Source: a virus. Taken from it: 64,000 bases of DNA. The notes below the pieces were generated by a model. It did no database searches, was not told the origin of the DNA, and saw nothing but the letters and a program-made list of their open reading frames with translations. Location: positions 87,578-151,577 of the IMG/VR virus record IMGVR_UViG_3300028107_000175. The stretch is one strand, 5' to 3'. Positions 1 to 8,280 of the stretch are shown here, piece after piece. Position 1 is the stretch's first letter. Each line of letters starts with the position of its first letter. Made by a program: the position numbers and the translations under genes.

Positions 1-618
1 AAGAAGAACCGTCCGGTCATCGTGGTCAAGACCAACGTGCCCGGCGACAAGCAGTTCGGCCAGATCCAGGCCGAATGGCCCGATGCCATGAGCTTCGAGA
101 TGTTCCTCGAAGAACTCGAGAACGCCGACAAGATCGAAGCGACCAAGCGTACGGCCGGCAAGATCTCCGACTTCCCCTTCCAGCAGGGTGGTCGTTCCAA
201 GGAACTGAAGCTGGCAGCCACGGCCTTCGTCGGCCGCGAACAGGACGGTACGGTGTACATCGCCGTGGTCTCCTGGGACCAGTCGCGCCCGGTCGTCAAG
301 ATCCCGGTGCGCCCCAGCCAGTACATGAACTGGATCGGTCCGGACGGCCAGCCGCTGTCGGCTGAAGCGGCCAGCCTGCGCTTCGCCCGTGCCTACGCGC
401 GCACCGTGCGTGGCATCATGCACCAGGTCCTGATCAACGAGTACGAGCCGCCGGCTCCGCGTCCGCAGAACGGCGGCGGTGGTGGCGGTTACGGTGGTGG
501 CGGTGGTGGCGGTGGCTACCAGAACCAGAACCGTGGCGGCGGCCAGCAGCAGTCGGGCGGTGGTGGCGGTGGTGGTAACAGCGACGCCGGCCTCGGCGGC
601 GACGAATGGCCGATGTAA
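1..618 (+). CDS. chmC: ChmC-like nucleus-associated RNA-binding protein (phiKZ gp67 position), 5'-truncated by the window edge
   Basis: Frame is open from base 1 (KKNRPVIVVKTN...). Globular part is followed by a G/Q/N-rich tail ending DEWPM. Lies directly upstream of the gp68-like/PicA-like/gp70-like/RNAP block, the syntenic position of ChmC. Confidence 0.7.
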   Translation, partial: KKNRPVIVVKTNVPGDKQFGQIQAEWPDAMSFEMFLEELENADKIEATKRTAGKISDFPFQQGGRSKELKLAATAFVGREQDGTVYIAVVSWDQSRPVVKIPVRPSQYMNWIGPDGQPLSAEAASLRFARAYARTVRGIMHQVLINEYEPPAPRPQNGGGGGGYGGGGGGGGYQNQNRGGGQQQSGGGGGGGNSDAGLGGDEWPM

Positions 619-635
619 TTCGGCTGGCATAAAAG

Positions 636-662
636 CCGGGCTCCGTAATGGAGCCCGGTTTC
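636..662 (+). terminator. Intrinsic terminator hairpin after chmC
   Basis: Stem CCGGGCTCC-gtaat-GGAGCCCGG followed by TTTCCTATTT. Confidence 0.75.
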
Positions 663-689
663 CTATTTAACTCTGGGGAGAGTCCAACT

Positions 690-956
690 GTGTTCTTTCT
701 TGCATGCCTTGGCTTTGCAACTGCTGTCAATGCGTTAACCTACCTATACCTGCGTCTGAATCGTTATCGATTCAGGCGGGGTGAGAACCTGTGTGTGGTA
801 ATCACTACCATGCTGATTTGGATACCAATGCTGATGGGGGCGAACGCCGGCTCTAAGAGCGTCATGGCGATGGCGCTATGGGTATTGGTGACTGTGGGCA
901 ATCTGGTGCTTTACCTCAAATACATGCACCGCAATCATCAGACTGCCGTGAGTTGA
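690..956 (+). CDS. Small membrane protein (about 88 aa, about 3 TM helices)
   Basis: GGGGAG RBS then in-frame GTG at 690; three hydrophobic segments. The ORF-track ATG at 648 lies inside the terminator hairpin. Confidence 0.55.
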   Translation: MFFLACLGFATAVNALTYLYLRLNRYRFRRGENLCVVITTMLIWIPMLMGANAGSKSVMAMALWVLVTVGNLVLYLKYMHRNHQTAVS

Positions 957-968
957 TCCAAAAATAAC

Positions 969-994
969 TCAGTCACTTATTATCCCTTAGTGAG
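969..994 (+). promoter_or_regulatory. Putative phage early (virion RNAP) promoter
   Basis: TCAG-TCACTTATTATCCCTT-AGTGAG aligns without gaps to the copy at 6141-6166 and to the family at 23655/39642/39846; resembles the phiKZ TATATTAC early core. Confidence 0.65.
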
Positions 995-1023
995 CCCAGC
1001 GCTTACGAGTAATTGGAGTCCCC

Positions 1024-2616
1024 ATGAAGATTGAGATTTTGACCGAAAACGGGGCATCGCCACGTGTAGTTACCGTATCCCATCAAAAGCGTAATGCGGA
1101 TGGCTCGGTGGATACGGTGTCCCTGGAATTCAACATCAGCACGTACACCAAAACCTCGGATCGCTCCGAGTCGGTGGACACGACCAAGATGTTCAACGAG
1201 ATCAATTCCTACTTGGCCACCCGGCCGCAGCAGGAACTCGATGCCATCATGAGCGTGTATGAACGTGCGCACGAAGTGTTCCAGCATCAGTACGAGCTGA
1301 GCGCTTTGGAAAAGACGCTGCAGAAGTTGACCCAGGAACTGGACAGTTACCTGGACCTCAAAGCGATCCGCGACTGGGTCGTGTTCCATTCCAAGATCGG
1401 TATTCCGGCCTCGGTCCATGAGACCTACGCCGACAACGACATGCAGGACTACGTGGATCGCACGTACGTCCGCAAGGACTATCTGGACTTGGTCGCCATG
1501 ACCATTGCTCTGCGTCCGATGGTGCCGATCTGGGGCGAGTACATCGCCATGAATGAAACGGTGACCGGCAGTAACATGAAGGAGAACGTGGCCTTCATGC
1601 TGCTGTACTACACCAAGCTGGTGGTCAGTGAACCGATGGAGCGCCTGCGCCGTTACGTGGCAGCCACCATTGCCAACTCCAAGGAGAACACCGTCAATGC
1701 GGCGGCGATTCTGACCACCCTGGGTTCGACCAGCACGCCGGACTGGGTGACCTCGCTGGCCGTGGTGCGTCGACTGGCCATTGGTGAGATCACCATCACC
1801 GATGACAACTCCTCCATCGTGACCAACATCTTCCAGTACATCGGAAACACCCTGCGCTCGCTGGACCGCAAGTTCGGTAAGCAGTTCGGTGGTAAGGTCA
1901 CGGACAAGTCCGATGTGACGCCCGGTCGCGGTGGGTCGGATGAACAATCCGTCTCGGCACCGGAACGTTACAAGGTCAAGCAGGTCGTGGCCGATGGCGA
2001 CATCGTCGCATTGTCGGTCTACACCGAAGACGTGCATGGCATGGTGGCACGTATTGACGATACGGTTCCCAAGGAACTGATCGACCAGTGCCTGAAGTGC
2101 GTGTCTGTCTTGGAGCATGAAGCCATCCGCCGACATCAGGTTACGCTGGTGCAGTGGGTGCTGAAGAATGCCCTGCCTGCCCACAGCGGCGATTCTCTGG
2201 ACAAGCCGGCCATCATGCGTGCGATGGCAGCTACCCAGGCTTTGCTGTGGCACTGGCAGTTCTTCGACCTGGCGGCGTTGACCACCGCAACCCCGCTGCC
2301 GATCACCGGCGGTTACGGTTTCGGCAGCAATGACAACAAGGGTCGGTTCCCCAAGGAAATCGTGGAACGCTTCACCGAGATGTACCCGCATCAGCGCAAC
2401 GGACAGGGCAAACAAGCCAGCTCGTGGCGCATGAACAATGCCGGTGCAGTGGCCATCGATACCTTCCAAGAGTTGATCGCTCCGCATGACTGGCGACTCC
2501 ACTGCCCGCAGGAACTCATGGTGCGCACCAACCGCATCGAGAACCAACGCAGGATGGTGGTGCCTGGCGATGTCCATAGCCAGTTGGCCCGCATGCTCAT
2601 TCGCATCCATCAATAA
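1024..2616 (+). CDS. Non-virion RNA polymerase specificity subunit (phiKZ gp68-like)
   Basis: 530 aa with GGAG RBS; size and position between chmC and picA match gp68 homologues. Confidence 0.75.
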   Translation: MKIEILTENGASPRVVTVSHQKRNADGSVDTVSLEFNISTYTKTSDRSESVDTTKMFNEINSYLATRPQQELDAIMSVYERAHEVFQHQYELSALEKTLQKLTQELDSYLDLKAIRDWVVFHSKIGIPASVHETYADNDMQDYVDRTYVRKDYLDLVAMTIALRPMVPIWGEYIAMNETVTGSNMKENVAFMLLYYTKLVVSEPMERLRRYVAATIANSKENTVNAAAILTTLGSTSTPDWVTSLAVVRRLAIGEITITDDNSSIVTNIFQYIGNTLRSLDRKFGKQFGGKVTDKSDVTPGRGGSDEQSVSAPERYKVKQVVADGDIVALSVYTEDVHGMVARIDDTVPKELIDQCLKCVSVLEHEAIRRHQVTLVQWVLKNALPAHSGDSLDKPAIMRAMAATQALLWHWQFFDLAALTTATPLPITGGYGFGSNDNKGRFPKEIVERFTEMYPHQRNGQGKQASSWRMNNAGAVAIDTFQELIAPHDWRLHCPQELMVRTNRIENQRRMVVPGDVHSQLARMLIRIHQ

Positions 2617-2638
2617 CTAACCATAGCGAATCTCTCCA

Positions 2639-4138
2639 ATGATTGTTGAACAGCTTCTCCTCATCCGCAGCGGAACCTACGATGACGTCCATGTCCGTCC
2701 TTACGTCATGGATACCAGCAACGGGAATCTGATTCCCCAGTTGCAGGAACAGACCCATTGGGGCAAGAAAACCGAAGCATCCAACCTGGCCGGTATCGCT
2801 GGCCAGATGCTGGCACCTTCGGCAGCTCCCATCGGTGTGGTCGCCATTGCAGCGGGCTGGGGTCAGGCACGCTGTCGCTTCCTGTTGCGTCTGCGCCATG
2901 ACACCATGGGCGGCGATAGTCAGATCCAGTACCTGACCGGTTACACCGATTACGACGGCATCAACGAGTTCAGCGGTTCCGTCGACGGCAAGATGCGCCT
3001 GTTCGTCAACAACACCATCACCACCCGCGTGTTCAACAAGATGGGCGCCGGCGGTACGTTGATTCCGCAGCTGCGGGTCAAGGAAGCGGCCCAGGTGTTG
3101 CAGGGCTCGGTGGTGACGGACTTCCGCAAGATGGACAATGCCATGCACACGGTTCGGCCGGAGGACATCTTCGCCCAGATCGGTGCACAGCACGAGGACA
3201 CCTCCTTGGGTCCGGTCAACGACATGCGTTCGGCATTCCACACCTCGCCGCTGCGTCTGTCGCGCCGTATCAATGGTTCGGCCTCGGACTACATGTCCAC
3301 GATCCTGTCCACCTACCGTACGTCCCTGCGTTCGCAGGACAATGCGGTGCAGGACTGGGCCGGTCTGGCCAACCAGATGAGCGGTGTAGTGCGTGAAGCC
3401 ACTCCGATGTCCGATCCGTTCCTGGGCGAGATGATTCGCATGGGAACCTCGCTGTCGGAAGGCAGTTCGTTCACGTACAACGAGCTGGGCCAGTTCGCCA
3501 AGTTCCTGCACGAGAACACCAAGATCGTCGGCATGGATGTCCAGGAACGCAACCAGCTGCCGACGCGTTCGCTGGGCGATCAGGCACATGTGGGCAACCC
3601 GTGGGCCAGTCAGCATTGGGAACCGCAGATTGCTACCATCGCCATGCATGCCATCGCGGCGAACATGGCGGATCTGATGCTGACCTCGGTGACCTTCCAG
3701 TTGACCAACCGCGTCATCGGCGGACAGCCGCGGATGGACATCACTGGTGCAATGGGCTTCGTTCACGGCATCCCCCTGACGGACTTCCTCACCACGCTGC
3801 AGCAGCGTACGCTGGCCAGCGTCTATCGTGACCTGACCCGCAACGGCATGGTGGACGTGGAAGTGGGCGGCACCATCAACCTGATGGGCAACTCGCACCT
3901 GATCGTGAAGTATCAGGAACGTCCGCCGGTGGTGTTTGACACCCCGACCTTCGCCGATGCGATCAATGCACCGGTGGTGGCCTACAGTCAGCAGAACGTC
4001 AACAACCTGGCCATGGAATTCGACACGCTCGCCAACGCGCTGTCGATGGATCTGAGTGTTGAGGCATACCAACCCGAGCCGCAAATCGCAATGGGCCCCA
4101 TCGGCGGCGGTGGCGGTTACAGCGGTCCGGCAATCTGA
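2639..4138 (+). CDS. picA: Phage-nucleus protein import factor PicA/Imp1 (phiKZ gp69-like)
   Basis: 499 aa, immediately downstream of the gp68-like gene in the core block. Call rests on synteny and size, not alignment. Confidence 0.7.
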   Translation: MIVEQLLLIRSGTYDDVHVRPYVMDTSNGNLIPQLQEQTHWGKKTEASNLAGIAGQMLAPSAAPIGVVAIAAGWGQARCRFLLRLRHDTMGGDSQIQYLTGYTDYDGINEFSGSVDGKMRLFVNNTITTRVFNKMGAGGTLIPQLRVKEAAQVLQGSVVTDFRKMDNAMHTVRPEDIFAQIGAQHEDTSLGPVNDMRSAFHTSPLRLSRRINGSASDYMSTILSTYRTSLRSQDNAVQDWAGLANQMSGVVREATPMSDPFLGEMIRMGTSLSEGSSFTYNELGQFAKFLHENTKIVGMDVQERNQLPTRSLGDQAHVGNPWASQHWEPQIATIAMHAIAANMADLMLTSVTFQLTNRVIGGQPRMDITGAMGFVHGIPLTDFLTTLQQRTLASVYRDLTRNGMVDVEVGGTINLMGNSHLIVKYQERPPVVFDTPTFADAINAPVVAYSQQNVNNLAMEFDTLANALSMDLSVEAYQPEPQIAMGPIGGGGGYSGPAI

Positions 4139-4159
4139 TCCACAACGAGGAAACCAATC

Positions 4160-5725
4160 GTGATTATCGAAAATCTCTACCGACCGGTGCTGAAGTCGGT
4201 CAATGCCATCGCCGATGAAACCGGCCTGCTGAGCTGGCAGGAATCGGATCAGCCCGGTCGTCCGCTGGTCATCGACGATCGTCGCATGGCGCTGCCGATC
4301 GATGCGCAGATGGGTCGTCCGAACCCGGCGGTCATCCTGTTCCATCCGCTCAGCGAAGGCACTCACCGTGGCGAGTCCAAGGTGCTGCAGAAGCTGATGG
4401 GTCTGATCCGCCTGCGCGTGTGCGGTTCGCTCATCAAGCTGATGGAGTACATGACCCAGCTGTGCGCCGACCACGACACCAACCGCAAGCTCTCGCCGGA
4501 AGCCAGCCTGATGCTGGCGTGCCTGCCGGACGCTGACGCGCGGACCGTGGAAGACATGGGCAAGATCATCGACATCTGCCTGACCAACCCGGACAAGCTG
4601 CTGAAGATCTACCTCAAGCGCGGTGGCGAATACCACGGCAAGCGCATGAGCCGCGTCGGCGTGGTCAGCTTCCCGTTGTGGAACGAGTTCGAGAACGATG
4701 AGCGTTCGGTGTTCGGCGTGTCGTTGCGCAAGAAGGACTACATCGGCTTCAAGAAGCTGCTGGAGTTCATCCTGCCCAAGATCGACGAAAACGAAGGCTA
4801 CAACTCCGGCTCGATGTCCATGACCGCGCCGTACCTGGACGCGCTGTTGCAGTCCTACCTGAAGGTGGCTCGCGACATCAACCAGGCGGCCAAGGCCATC
4901 CTGAAGCAGCTGGCCCATCCGGACGAAGTGCTGATCGACATCGACTGGGAAGAAGACGCGCGCGATCTGGCGATCTACCGCGACGACCTGCCCTCGATGG
5001 AAGACAACATGGGCGCCGATGTGCGTGGCAGCGCCGAAGGAACTGCCGCGGCAGTGCAGGCCGTGACGGCCGGTGCCAGTGCCATGTTCCCGAAGAAGCT
5101 GGGTTCGGCTGCTGACAGCCTGCTGGCCGATCATGCCCCGACCAAGACGGTGGCAGCGCCGGAGCACCACGGGCACAAGGACGAACGTCCGCTGCAGGCG
5201 CACAACCCCGAACCGGTGGCTGAAACCGGTGTGCGTTCGGTGACTGAAGTGATGGCCCGTCGTCGTGCTGAAGAAGAAGCGCGTCAGCGTGCGCTGTCCG
5301 GCTACCCGCCGGCAGGTCACGTGGTTCCGACCCATCATGGCCATGTGGCACACCACGGTCACGTGGCGCACCACCAGCCGGTTCCGGCCGCGCCGGGTGA
5401 GTACGCAGGGTATCACCGTGGCGTGCCGGTGCAGCCGATGCATGCTGGCTATGGCTACAACGCTGGTTACGGTACCGCTCCGGGCCCGGGCTATCCGGCG
5501 CCGGGTTACCAGACTGCAGTGGTTGATCCCAATGCGGTCGGTGCAGCCAACGCCTACGGCGGCCACGTGGTTGCGGCACCGGCGTACAACCCGTACGGGC
5601 AGCCGGGTCAGCCGGTGAACCCCTACGCGGCCTACAGCGGCGGTGTGGTTCCGGTGCAGGGTGGCTATCCGGCCTACCCGTCTCCGGGCATGGGTTACGG
5701 CGGCGGCTACCCCAGCGCGGTGTAA
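4160..5725 (+). CDS. Conserved chimallivirus core protein (gp70-like) with a P/G/Y/A/H-rich low-complexity C-terminus
   Basis: 521 aa; GAGG RBS; core-block position; about 130-aa YPG/AY-rich tail. Confidence 0.65.
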   Translation: MIIENLYRPVLKSVNAIADETGLLSWQESDQPGRPLVIDDRRMALPIDAQMGRPNPAVILFHPLSEGTHRGESKVLQKLMGLIRLRVCGSLIKLMEYMTQLCADHDTNRKLSPEASLMLACLPDADARTVEDMGKIIDICLTNPDKLLKIYLKRGGEYHGKRMSRVGVVSFPLWNEFENDERSVFGVSLRKKDYIGFKKLLEFILPKIDENEGYNSGSMSMTAPYLDALLQSYLKVARDINQAAKAILKQLAHPDEVLIDIDWEEDARDLAIYRDDLPSMEDNMGADVRGSAEGTAAAVQAVTAGASAMFPKKLGSAADSLLADHAPTKTVAAPEHHGHKDERPLQAHNPEPVAETGVRSVTEVMARRRAEEEARQRALSGYPPAGHVVPTHHGHVAHHGHVAHHQPVPAAPGEYAGYHRGVPVQPMHAGYGYNAGYGTAPGPGYPAPGYQTAVVDPNAVGAANAYGGHVVAAPAYNPYGQPGQPVNPYAAYSGGVVPVQGGYPAYPSPGMGYGGGYPSAV

Positions 5726-5737
5726 GCGGCATAAAGG

Positions 5738-5761
5738 CGAGGGCCCCCAGCGGGGCCCTCG
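5738..5761. terminator. Hairpin between convergent genes (probable bidirectional terminator)
   Basis: CGAGGGCCCC-cagc-GGGGCCCTCG, with GGCATAAA on the left and TTCTT on the right. Confidence 0.7.
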
Positions 5762-5768
5762 TTCTTGA

Positions 5769-6110
5769 CTACTTGATTTTTTGCATCGTTGTGCGGTGGA
5801 TGTTGGTCAGCATCTCCACCATGTTGAAGTTCGGAATCACCAGCTGCATTTTCTCCAGTCGGTAATCCTCCGGGCTATTGAACCCGTTCATTCGCATGAT
5901 GATCCAGTGGTACTGAGGTGCAAACTTCTCCTCTACCAACAGACCCATCAGATCACCTTCGTACCGCAAGGCGTTGTAAGGGGCGATGTTGCGAACCGTG
6001 TTGTCCGGCCGCGCCAGCAGGATGGGCAGATGACATTCGATCATCGTCCGCCACGATTCGCTGTAATAGATCGAATCCCCCTCATCGGGAATTCGTTTGG
6101 CCAAGGTCAT
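5769..6110 (-). CDS. Small protein with T4 gp53/LysM-like motif (baseplate-wedge-like)
   Basis: Start re-picked at MTLAKRIP; YHWIIMRMNGFNSP resembles the gp53-type (L/Y)W(V/I)I..N..dP motif. Confidence 0.45.
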   Translation of the reverse strand: MTLAKRIPDEGDSIYYSESWRTMIECHLPILLARPDNTVRNIAPYNALRYEGDLMGLLVEEKFAPQYHWIIMRMNGFNSPEDYRLEKMQLVIPNFNMVEMLTNIHRTTMQKIK

Positions 6111-6140
6111 GGTCACGAGCAGCCTCGCAGTAAACTTGTT

Positions 6141-6166
6141 TGAAACACATACTATCAATTAGTGAG
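6141..6166 (+). promoter_or_regulatory. Putative phage early promoter for the nvRNAP beta/beta' operon
   Basis: TGAA-ACACATACTATCAATT-AGTGAG, same spacing as the 969-994 copy. Confidence 0.65.
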
Positions 6167-6210
6167 CCTACATCCGCTCACTTTGTTTGAATAGCACAGC
6201 CGGGAATTAC

Positions 6211-8280
6211 ATGAACACTAACAACCAACTTCGTCCCGAAGTGTTGGCAATGGCGGCACTGCAACCTTTCCCTGGGAAGGTAGCCAACTCCCGTATGCAG
6301 ATGATGGGGTCCCACGTCAGTCAGGCGCTGGTGATCAAGGGGGCGACGACCCGCCGGATTCTGACGGGCGTCGAGCGTGAGTTCGGCCGCTTCACGTTCA
6401 GCGTGAAGATGCCGGTCAATGCAGAGATTCTGCGCGTCATCCCGAAGTACCGCCCTAGTGTGGGCCGCAATGCAATCCGTGAGAACCCCTTGGATGTGGT
6501 GGTTTACATGGACATGGAAACTGGTGAGTTGGGCGTGCTGCAAATCCCATCTTTCAGTGCACGTCACCAGCACTTCGGCTTCCGTTACAAGGACCGTGCG
6601 ATCCGCCGGATGTTGCACGAGCCGGGCATTGCCATCGAAGCAGGTACGATCATTGCCGACTCGCCCAACGTGGATGAGCTGGGCAACTATCGTATCGGCA
6701 TTGAAACCAATGTCCTGTTCGCCTCGATGCCGGGCATCATTGAAGACGGCGTCATCGTCTCTGATGAATACGTCGAACGACTGACGGCCACGGGCTTTGA
6801 AACCCGCACCGCCAGCTTCGGCGCCAAGATGTTCCCGCTCAACCTGTACGGTGATGAGACCGAGTACAAGCCGTTCCCGGACATCGGGTCGGTCGTGCGC
6901 GATGACGGTCTGCTCTTTGCCATGCGTCACTACGATCCGCTGATGGCGGCTATCGACATGACGCCTGAAGCACTGCGACAGGTGAACTACAGTTTCGATC
7001 AGCGCGTCTATGCTGAACCCGGTGCCAAGGTGGTGGACGTCAACGTCCGTTACGGTGCGCGTCCGGGTAAGTCCACCATTCCGGTGGCCATGGAAGCCCA
7101 GGCCAAGCGTTACTACGAGCTGACCCTGAACTTCTACGAAGCGCTGATGGCGGAGTACACCAAGCAGCGCAAGCTGACGGGTAAAGATCCGCGCATCACT
7201 CCCGAGTTCCATCGCCTGTTGGTGGAGGGCCTGATCTATCGCCCCGATCCGAATCGTTCGCGCGCTACGCTGATCTACAAGCTGCAGCCGCTGGACGAAT
7301 GGCGTGTGGATGTCACCTTCGAGTATCCGGTCAAGCCGGTAGTCGGGTCCAAGCTGACCGGCTTCTCTGGCGATAAGGGCGTGATCTGTCAGATCCGTCC
7401 CAAGGCGGACATGCCGGTGGACCAGGAAGGTAACGTGGCCGATGCAGTGATGGACGGTGACTCGACGATCAAGCGCATGAACACCTCGCGCATGTACGAA
7501 CAGTACCTGAACATCACCAGTCGCACGGTGACCAACTACATCCGCAACATGGCGCCCAAGACCGAGGCGCAGTACAAGGCGGCGTGGGATTACGTGCTGG
7601 GCTACTACGAGATCGTCAGCCCGCGCTTTGCAGTGATCCTGCGCACCGAGTACGACCTGGGCCCGCGCTTCCACATCGACGCCATCATCAGGGACGGGAT
7701 CTACCTGTGGTATCCGACGGACAATCCGGTGTACGCACCGGACATGATCCGTCAACTGCAGGCCAAGTACCCGGTCCTGCATGCACCGGTGACCTACCGC
7801 GGCATGTCGGGCAAGATGCGTACCACCAAGAAGCCGATGTTCATCGGCAGCATCTACGTGATGCTGTTGGAGAAAACGGGTGTGGACTGCTCGGGTGTGG
7901 CCTCGGCCAAGCTCAACCACTTCGGCCTGACTGCCAAACTGACCAACGCAGACAAGTATTCCTCCCCGCGTCGTCCGCAGCCGGTTCGCGGCGTGGGTGA
8001 ATCGGAAGGTCGTCTGCTGGTGGCAACGATCGGTTCGGACATGACCGCTGAGATTCTGGAAATGTCCTGCTCCCCGCAGACCCACAAGAACGTGGTGCGC
8101 AACATCCTGCGTGCGGAGAAGCCGACCGACATCGATGCGGTGGTCGATCGTACTGTGGCCCCGCGTGGCCATAACCGCAGTCTCATCTACATCAAGCACT
8201 CGCTGCAGTGCATGGGTGTGGAGTTCCACGTTACCCCGGCAGACGATGCCGAACCTGTCATCTACCCGGAGAAGTCGTAA
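6211..8280 (+). CDS. Non-virion RNAP beta subunit, C-terminal part (phiKZ gp71-73-like), uninterrupted
   Basis: beta motifs: NSRMQMMGSHVSQ, IIEDGVIVS, VGSKLTGFSGDKGVI (beta region H), IKRMNTSRMYEQ, PVRGVGESE (region I). Confidence 0.9.
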   Translation: MNTNNQLRPEVLAMAALQPFPGKVANSRMQMMGSHVSQALVIKGATTRRILTGVEREFGRFTFSVKMPVNAEILRVIPKYRPSVGRNAIRENPLDVVVYMDMETGELGVLQIPSFSARHQHFGFRYKDRAIRRMLHEPGIAIEAGTIIADSPNVDELGNYRIGIETNVLFASMPGIIEDGVIVSDEYVERLTATGFETRTASFGAKMFPLNLYGDETEYKPFPDIGSVVRDDGLLFAMRHYDPLMAAIDMTPEALRQVNYSFDQRVYAEPGAKVVDVNVRYGARPGKSTIPVAMEAQAKRYYELTLNFYEALMAEYTKQRKLTGKDPRITPEFHRLLVEGLIYRPDPNRSRATLIYKLQPLDEWRVDVTFEYPVKPVVGSKLTGFSGDKGVICQIRPKADMPVDQEGNVADAVMDGDSTIKRMNTSRMYEQYLNITSRTVTNYIRNMAPKTEAQYKAAWDYVLGYYEIVSPRFAVILRTEYDLGPRFHIDAIIRDGIYLWYPTDNPVYAPDMIRQLQAKYPVLHAPVTYRGMSGKMRTTKKPMFIGSIYVMLLEKTGVDCSGVASAKLNHFGLTAKLTNADKYSSPRRPQPVRGVGESEGRLLVATIGSDMTAEILEMSCSPQTHKNVVRNILRAEKPTDIDAVVDRTVAPRGHNRSLIYIKHSLQCMGVEFHVTPADDAEPVIYPEKS

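Noticed and set aside
648-689. ORF-track starts upstream of the true starts (648, 8208, 14463, 15734, 20158, 32587, 47467, 50692, 54551 and others)
   Set aside because: They run through terminators or neighbouring genes. Downstream ATG/GTG codons with clear RBSs were used instead.
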